Positions 58,796 through 64,000 of a stretch of 64,000 nucleotides of DNA are shown here, one piece after another; the stretch's first letter is position 1, and each line of letters opens with the position of its first letter. Made by a program: the position numbers and the translations under genes. The DNA lies in the NCBI GenBank assembly GCA_965242485.1, contig CBDESM010000002.1:25266-89265 (forward strand), read 5' to 3'. Source of the stretch: Dehalococcoidia bacterium (GTDB lineage: Bacteria; Chloroflexota; Dehalococcoidia; Bin125). The notes under the pieces were generated by a model. The model saw only the letters and a program-made list of their open reading frames with translations, was not told the origin of the DNA and searched no databases.

Positions 58796-59673
58796 GCCTC
58801 CAATACGAGTTGTCGGGTGCTCTCTGTGAGGTTATCAGGCGCGAAGCCTTGAAATGTTGGATTAGCGAACGCCAGTCGTGTCGCCATCGTGCATGCTGCG
58901 TCGGGGTTCACGTCGATCATCGTGAAGCAGCGCCGGAGTCGTGCCGCTGCTTCTCCAGTCGTGCCAGAACCAGCGAAGAAGTCAAGGATGTGATCGCCGG
59001 GATCGGAATGTACGGCGATCAGTCGCTTGAGAATCGACAGAGGCTTCTGCGTCGGATATCCAGTTCGCTCCTTTCCGTTCGTCGGCACGATCGTGTTCCA
59101 CCAGACGTCAATGGGCGGACGGGCGGACTCGGCTGCGTCGCCCGGCATCGGGTAGTCCGACGAGTTGGCGACATCGGCATTGAAGACGTATTGATTTGGA
59201 TCTCTTGCATACCAAAAGATCGAATCGTGCTTCGCAGCCCATTTCCGCTTCGAACGGCCGCCGAAGTCGTATGCCCAGATGATCTCATTCATGAACGATT
59301 CGATTCCGAAGATCGAGTCCAACAACAGTCGGCAATAGTGAGATTCCCGCTGATCGATGTGGAAGAAGAGGGAGCCATCAGCTGTCAGTATCCGGCGAGC
59401 TTCGGCTAGCAACGGTGCTAGAAATTCGATGTATCCATCAAACGAATCGTCATATCCCTTTGAATCGATGGGGATTGAACGATAGGCGCGCCCGCCGAAG
59501 CCGACTCTGTCCCCGTTCACCGCATCGGCCACGACTTTGATGCGGTTCAGCGTCTGGGTCTTGCCGGTGTTGAACGGCGGATCGATGTAGATCAGGCGGG
59601 CGGATTCATCGGGGAGCAACGGCAAGACGCTCGCAGAGTCGCCGCAGATGATCGAGTTGCCCGTTGGCTGCAC
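58792..59673 (-). CDS. Beta-class N6A/N4C DNA methyltransferase (Type II)
   Basis: DPPF (LIYIDPPFNTG) precedes FAGSGTT; PF01555-like. GGAG-N8-GTG start at 59673. The upstream 730 codons of the track ORF are an Arg-rich shadow and are rejected. Confidence 0.85.
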   Translation of the reverse strand: MQPTGNSIICGDSASVLPLLPDESARLIYIDPPFNTGKTQTLNRIKVVADAVNGDRVGFGGRAYRSIPIDSKGYDDSFDGYIEFLAPLLAEARRILTADGSLFFHIDQRESHYCRLLLDSIFGIESFMNEIIWAYDFGGRSKRKWAAKHDSIFWYARDPNQYVFNADVANSSDYPMPGDAAESARPPIDVWWNTIVPTNGKERTGYPTQKPLSILKRLIAVHSDPGDHILDFFAGSGTTGEAAARLRRCFTMIDVNPDAACTMATRLAFANPTFQGFAPDNLTESTRQLVLEA

Positions 59674-59678
59674 GGCAT

Positions 59679-60767
59679 CTACTCCAGCGTTGCTTGGAGC
59701 TGGTTGTGGATCAGCGGCCAGTCGATTTCGTGGCCCAGGCCTGGTTTGGTGGGGGCGTGGACTGTGCCGTTGGTCATGTCGATCTCTTCGGCTAGGCCGT
59801 AGACGAGGCCGCCGGTGCTGGGGAAGTACTCGTAGAACTCGCTGTTGGGGGTGGCCATCATGACGTGGAGGTTGGCTACGTTGTTGAGGCTGTTGCCGCC
59901 GTGGTGGATCTCGCATTTCATTTGGAAGCCTTCGGCGAGGTGGCAGAGCTTGACGAGGGGGGTGATGCCGCCAGTGACGGCTACGTCGCCGCGGAGGATG
60001 TCGGTGGCGTATCTGGTGATCCACTGGGTCATGCCGTAGTAGCGGCCGGGGGCGTATTCGGTGGACATGATCGGGATGTCCATCTTGGCGCAGAGCTTGA
60101 CGTAGCTGTAGAGGTCTTCTTCGGCCAGCGGGTCTTCGTACCAGTAGTAGTCGAGCTCCTCGATGGCGCGGCCGACGCGGACGGCGTCCTCGTATTGGTA
60201 GGCCCACATCGAATCGAGCATCAGCTTCATCTCGGGGCCGACGGCTTCGCGCACGGCGCGGCAGATTTCGATGTCCTCCTTGGGGTCGGCGTGCGGGTGG
60301 ATCTTGTGCGCCGTCCAGCCTTCGGATTGGAATTTCAGTGCCTCTTCGGCGTATTCCTGCGGGGTGTCCCACCAGGCGGTGCTGGAGTAGACGGGCATCT
60401 CCTCGCGGACGGTGCCGAGCAGGCGGTGGATCGGCTGGTTGGCGATTTTGCCGTTGATGTCCCAGAGGCAGATGTCGATCGCGCCGATCACGTGGGTCGA
60501 GACGGCGCGGTTCTGCTTCCAGAGGTCCTTCCAGATCGCGCCGATGTCCTGCGGGTTCTTGCCCAGCACGCGCGGCTTGACCACGTCGATCAGCGACTGC
60601 GCGTGGTGTTCGGGCCGGCTCAGGAAGGCGTGGCCGGAGACGCCCTCGTCGGTTTCGACGGCGACGACGCCTAGTGAGCGCTTGCCGCCGAAGCGCATGT
60701 GGCTGCCGACCTTCCATTCGGGCGTCGGCCAGTCGAAGACGAGGACTTTGACGTTGGTGATCTGCAT
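59679..60767 (-). CDS. Enolase-superfamily enzyme (mandelate racemase / muconate lactonizing enzyme family)
   Basis: MR/MLE N- and C-domains, with metal ligands in the KxK...D...E...D pattern. GC ~60%. Confidence 0.75.
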   Translation of the reverse strand: MQITNVKVLVFDWPTPEWKVGSHMRFGGKRSLGVVAVETDEGVSGHAFLSRPEHHAQSLIDVVKPRVLGKNPQDIGAIWKDLWKQNRAVSTHVIGAIDICLWDINGKIANQPIHRLLGTVREEMPVYSSTAWWDTPQEYAEEALKFQSEGWTAHKIHPHADPKEDIEICRAVREAVGPEMKLMLDSMWAYQYEDAVRVGRAIEELDYYWYEDPLAEEDLYSYVKLCAKMDIPIMSTEYAPGRYYGMTQWITRYATDILRGDVAVTGGITPLVKLCHLAEGFQMKCEIHHGGNSLNNVANLHVMMATPNSEFYEYFPSTGGLVYGLAEEIDMTNGTVHAPTKPGLGHEIDWPLIHNQLQATLE

Positions 60768-60776
60768 CGCGCGCTC

Positions 60777-61943
60777 CTATGCCAGGTTGTTGACGTTGGT
60801 GACGAGGTTGTAGATGAACCAGCCGTCGTCGACGCCGAAGGTTTCGGGCTTGGCGCGGAGGTTGTCGCGCATGATGCCGAGGCCGTCGGTGTACGGCTCG
60901 AAGGAGACGATCTTGTCGTGGCGGACGCGGAAGCGCTCGCGTTCGCCGTGGAAGTAGAGGTGCTTGGTGGTGACGCCGAGCATGCCGGTGTCGGCGAGGA
61001 TCGTGACCTCGCGGGAGTGGCTGCGGCCGCGGAACTGGCTGGGGCGGAGGTAGACGCCGCTGGCGACGCGGACGCTGACGCCCATCGAGCTGCCGCGGAA
61101 CTCGCGCTCGGTCTTGGTTTTGTAGTACTTGGCGTCTTGGAAGACCCAGATCATGTCTTCCGATTTCATCAGGTTGAACGGCATCCGGCCGCCGAAATCC
61201 ATGCGGTCGGGCAGGTGGCCGTCCATGACGTCGCGCAGGACGCCGGCTTGGACGAGCTTGGTGAAGCGCCCGTTGCCGTCGAGCTGGGATTGGGAGAGAT
61301 CGAAGTGCTGCATGAAGCGGCCGAGCGAGGCTTCTTCGTCCTGCGAGAGGAGGCCGTCCTCCAGGGCTTCGTCGACGGCGCGGCCCCAAGCGACGGGGGA
61401 GAAGCGGCGGGCGGCGGACTGGGCGAAGCCGAGCTGGTCGAGTTCTTGGTCCATCTCGGGCAGGGAGATGTTGCCGTGCGCCGCGTCGACGATGATTCCC
61501 TCGGCTTGGCGGCGGATGCGTTCCGCCTCGCGCTGCTCGCGGACCGCGATCGCCTGCTCGAAGTCGCGCCAGGAGTTGCGGTGGTCGAGATCGGCCCGGC
61601 TCAGTTCGTAGTGCTCTTGGAAGCGGCGCAGCGCGGCTTCTTCTTCTTGGCTGAGCAGATCGTCGGACAGCGATTCGCGGAGCACGTCGCGCCAAGCTTC
61701 GGCTTGCGCGGAGCGGGCGCGTTCCGGTGCCATCTCCAGCGCTTCGAGCACTTCGTCGGCTTGGGAAGGGTCCATGTTGCCGCGGGCGGCGGGCTTGAGG
61801 ACGCGCAGCGCGGAGGCACGGACTTCGGCGATGCGCCGTTCTTCGGCCTGCTCGGCCGCCTTGCACGCGAGGTGCTTGGGCCCGAACGCCTTCAGCGTCT
61901 CGCGGAAGCCGACATCCTCGCCGCAGATCGAACAGGCGGGCAT
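60777..61943 (-). CDS. Hypothetical protein with N-terminal zinc-ribbon (CxxC...C) and uncharacterised C-terminal domain
   Basis: MPACSICGEDVGF...LACK N-terminus, central coiled-coil-like acidic region and a conserved-looking C-terminal ~150 aa. No family recognised. Confidence 0.45.
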   Translation of the reverse strand: MPACSICGEDVGFRETLKAFGPKHLACKAAEQAEERRIAEVRASALRVLKPAARGNMDPSQADEVLEALEMAPERARSAQAEAWRDVLRESLSDDLLSQEEEAALRRFQEHYELSRADLDHRNSWRDFEQAIAVREQREAERIRRQAEGIIVDAAHGNISLPEMDQELDQLGFAQSAARRFSPVAWGRAVDEALEDGLLSQDEEASLGRFMQHFDLSQSQLDGNGRFTKLVQAGVLRDVMDGHLPDRMDFGGRMPFNLMKSEDMIWVFQDAKYYKTKTEREFRGSSMGVSVRVASGVYLRPSQFRGRSHSREVTILADTGMLGVTTKHLYFHGERERFRVRHDKIVSFEPYTDGLGIMRDNLRAKPETFGVDDGWFIYNLVTNVNNLA

Positions 61944-61950
61944 CTGACGC

Positions 61951-62775
61951 CTAGCGGCCGGTGAAGCGGGCGGGGCGCTTTTCGAGGAAGCTGTTGATGC
62001 CCTCTTGGCGGTCCTCGCTTTGGCCGGAGATGCCGAGCGCCCAAGCTTCGCGTTCGAGCTGGCCGTCGAAGTCGGCGTTCGCGCCGTGCTGGACGAGGCG
62101 CTTGGTGAGTTCGATGGCCAGGCTGGGGCCGCGGGCGATGCGCTCGGCCAGGGCGAGCGATTCGGGCATCAGGCGCTCCGGGTCGACGACGCGGTTGACG
62201 ATGCCCCACTCGGAGGCTTGGGCGGCGTCGACGCTGTCGCCGGTGAACATCATCTCGAGCGCGCGCCCGGTGCCGATCAGGCGGGGCAGGTGGTAGGTGC
62301 TGCCGGTGTCGGGCGAGATGGCGCGGTGGACGAAGGCGGAGACGAAGCGGGCGTTGGTCGAGGCGATGCGGATGTCGCAGGCGAGGGCGAGCGACATGCC
62401 GGCGCCGGCGGCCGCGCCGTTGACGGCGGCGATGGTGGGCTTGGGGTAGGCCTTGAGGGTGCTGAAGAGCGAGCCCCAGTGGCCGATCGGGGCCTCGGCG
62501 TGGCGGCGGTATTCGCGCCCGGCCAGTTCGCGGCCGGCTTCGCGCGCTTCGGCGTCCTCGCCGACGTCGGCGCCGGCGCAGAAGCCGCGGCCCTCGCCGG
62601 TGATCACCAGCACCTTGACGGAGTCGTCGTGGCGGGTGCCTTCGAGCACGTCGAGCAGCTCATGGACGAGGCGCCCGCCGACGGCGTTCATTTTCTCGGG
62701 GCGCATCAGGGTGGCGACGGCGACGCCTTCGGATTCTCCGTCGAGGCGCTCGACGCTGACGTGCTGGTACTCCAT
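61951..62775 (-). CDS. Enoyl-CoA hydratase/isomerase family protein
   Basis: Crotonase fold (FCAGADV..., AAVNGAAAGAGMSLALACDIRIAS). Confidence 0.8.
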   Translation of the reverse strand: MEYQHVSVERLDGESEGVAVATLMRPEKMNAVGGRLVHELLDVLEGTRHDDSVKVLVITGEGRGFCAGADVGEDAEAREAGRELAGREYRRHAEAPIGHWGSLFSTLKAYPKPTIAAVNGAAAGAGMSLALACDIRIASTNARFVSAFVHRAISPDTGSTYHLPRLIGTGRALEMMFTGDSVDAAQASEWGIVNRVVDPERLMPESLALAERIARGPSLAIELTKRLVQHGANADFDGQLEREAWALGISGQSEDRQEGINSFLEKRPARFTGR

Positions 62776-62799
62776 GTCCTGCTCCTTCGCGCGCCGCGG

Positions 62800-63579
62800 C
62801 TAGACCTTGTAGCCGCCGTCGACGCTGATGACCTGTCCGGTGATGCCGGCGGCCTCGGGGGCGGCGAGCAGCGCGGCCATGGGGCCGAGCTCCTCGGGCT
62901 CGAGGACGCGGTTCTGCAAGTTTTCGGAGGCGCGCCAAGCATGCGCCTCTTCGGCCGAGATGCCGGCGGCGCGGCCCATCGCCTCCCAATCGACCAAGGC
63001 CGTGTTGGTCCAGCCGGGGCAGAGGCAGTTGACGGTGATTCCGTGCGCGGCAGTGTCGTGGGCGAGCGCGCGGGTGAAGCCGATCAGGCCGTGCTTGGCT
63101 GTCGTGTAGGCGAGCGCGCCGCCGGAGCGCTTGGCGTAGCCGGAGCCGATGTTGATGATGCGGCCGTAGCCGCGCTCGCGCATGCCCGGCAGCGCCTCGC
63201 GGGTCGTCCAGTAAGCGGAGGTGAGATTGAGCGCGAGGTTGGCTTCGAAGACGTCGTCGTCGTGGTCGAAGGGGTCCTGGGAGCCGCGCAGGGGCGCGCC
63301 GCCGCCGACATTGTTGACGAGGATGTCGGCGGAGCCGAACTCGGCCGCGGCGCGGCGGACGGGCTCTTTGGCCTGGTCGCGGTCGAGCGCGTCGGCCACG
63401 ACGCCGAGTGCGCGCGGGCCGATCGCGCGGATTTCGGCGGCGACGGCGTCGAGCTGCTCCCACGTGCGCGAGGAGATGACGATGTCCGCGCCGTCGCGGG
63501 CGAGGTCGAGCGCGATGGCACGGCCGATCCCGCGCCCGCCGCCGGTGATCACGGCGACCTTGCCGTCCAGCCTGCCCAT
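62800..63579 (-). CDS. SDR-family oxidoreductase
   Basis: GGGAGG RBS. TGGGRGIGR Rossmann motif, NNVG, catalytic YxxxK (YTTAK). Confidence 0.85.
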   Translation of the reverse strand: MGRLDGKVAVITGGGRGIGRAIALDLARDGADIVISSRTWEQLDAVAAEIRAIGPRALGVVADALDRDQAKEPVRRAAAEFGSADILVNNVGGGAPLRGSQDPFDHDDDVFEANLALNLTSAYWTTREALPGMRERGYGRIINIGSGYAKRSGGALAYTTAKHGLIGFTRALAHDTAAHGITVNCLCPGWTNTALVDWEAMGRAAGISAEEAHAWRASENLQNRVLEPEELGPMAALLAAPEAAGITGQVISVDGGYKV

Positions 63580-63649
63580 GCGCGCCTCCCCTGCGCGGAT
63601 GCTAGCGCCTGCCCGCACGGGGCACGCGCGGAGGCGATTGAAGGCCGTA

Positions 63650-63949
63650 TCAAATGGGCCGGCGCTGGTGGCCGCTGCGGAAGATCGACACCGTGCCGAC
63701 CAGCAGCTGCGACGGAAACCAGAGGCGCTCGCGCCCTTCGCAGTCCAGATAATGGATTCGACCCACCCGCCGGCCGTCGAGGTCGCGGATGATCCAGTAG
63801 GACGAGAGGCCATCGCAGCTCTTCGCTGGAGTAGGCTCGCGTTCCAATTCCTCGACGTAGCAACCGCCGGCGATCAGGCCGCGAATTTCGAGCGCGTCGA
63901 ACAGGTCGCGCAATTCGTACTCGGGAACTCGTATGCTGGGTTTGGGCAA
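63650..63949 (-). CDS. Hypothetical protein (99 aa)
   Basis: Clean ORF, no domain recognised. Close to the window end. Confidence 0.25.
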   Translation of the reverse strand: MPKPSIRVPEYELRDLFDALEIRGLIAGGCYVEELEREPTPAKSCDGLSSYWIIRDLDGRRVGRIHYLDCEGRERLWFPSQLLVGTVSIFRSGHQRRPI

Positions 63950-64000
63950 GGGGAAGCGCCAATGCTTGACGAGGCCGTGGTTCGACGCGAATTCCTCAGT

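Noticed and set aside
59674-61866. Upstream 730 codons of the 1024-aa track ORF 58792-61866
   Set aside because: Only the C-terminal ~294 aa (DPPF...FAGSGTT) is a real methyltransferase. The rest is Arg-rich read-through across the enolase and hypothetical genes on the same strand in another frame.

Overview
This is a high-GC (~68-70%) bacterial chromosomal segment that is almost entirely protein-coding. I found no rRNA, tRNA or CRISPR array. Many long Arg/Ala-rich ORFs in the six-frame track are antisense shadow ORFs, and I did not call them. Housekeeping genes are rpsU, prfB (with the classical +1 programmed frameshift site CTT-TGA-C, so the track shows only the downstream frame) and folD. 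Two separated gene groups encode a phosphatidylinositol/PIM-type lipid pathway: ino1, an IMPase, an LPLAT acyltransferase, a CDP-alcohol phosphatidyltransferase and a PimA-like GT4 glycosyltransferase. Other metabolism includes two F420-type LLM oxidoreductases, two aldo-keto reductases, a Zn-ADH, an SDR, a thiolase, two crotonases, a split-type methylmalonyl-CoA-mutase-like catalytic subunit and an oxalyl-CoA decarboxylase-like TPP enzyme. There is an imelysin / DUF1111 di-haem / imelysin / HTTM operon and several large secreted surface proteins (beta-helix, Big-like, LysM+HExxH, Met/Asp-rich). Accessory content is unusually rich. Seven Uma2-family (PD-(D/E)XK) nuclease genes occur, including a tandem triplet with a hypervariable core. 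A lower-GC MTase-HNH fusion gene is preceded by a 14-copy pentanucleotide (AAGTC) tract that can switch its reading frame. A lower-GC island carries a Type II RM pair. A DUF4258 toxin-like gene is followed by three paralogous small acidic proteins. The most unusual locus is a translationally coupled minus-strand operon of a KamA-family radical-SAM aminomutase, a YkgJ-family Cys-cluster protein and four paralogous DUF429 (predicted RNase-H-like) domains. One of those is an 816-aa DUF429-NYN-DUF429 fusion. This is my best candidate for an undescribed system.
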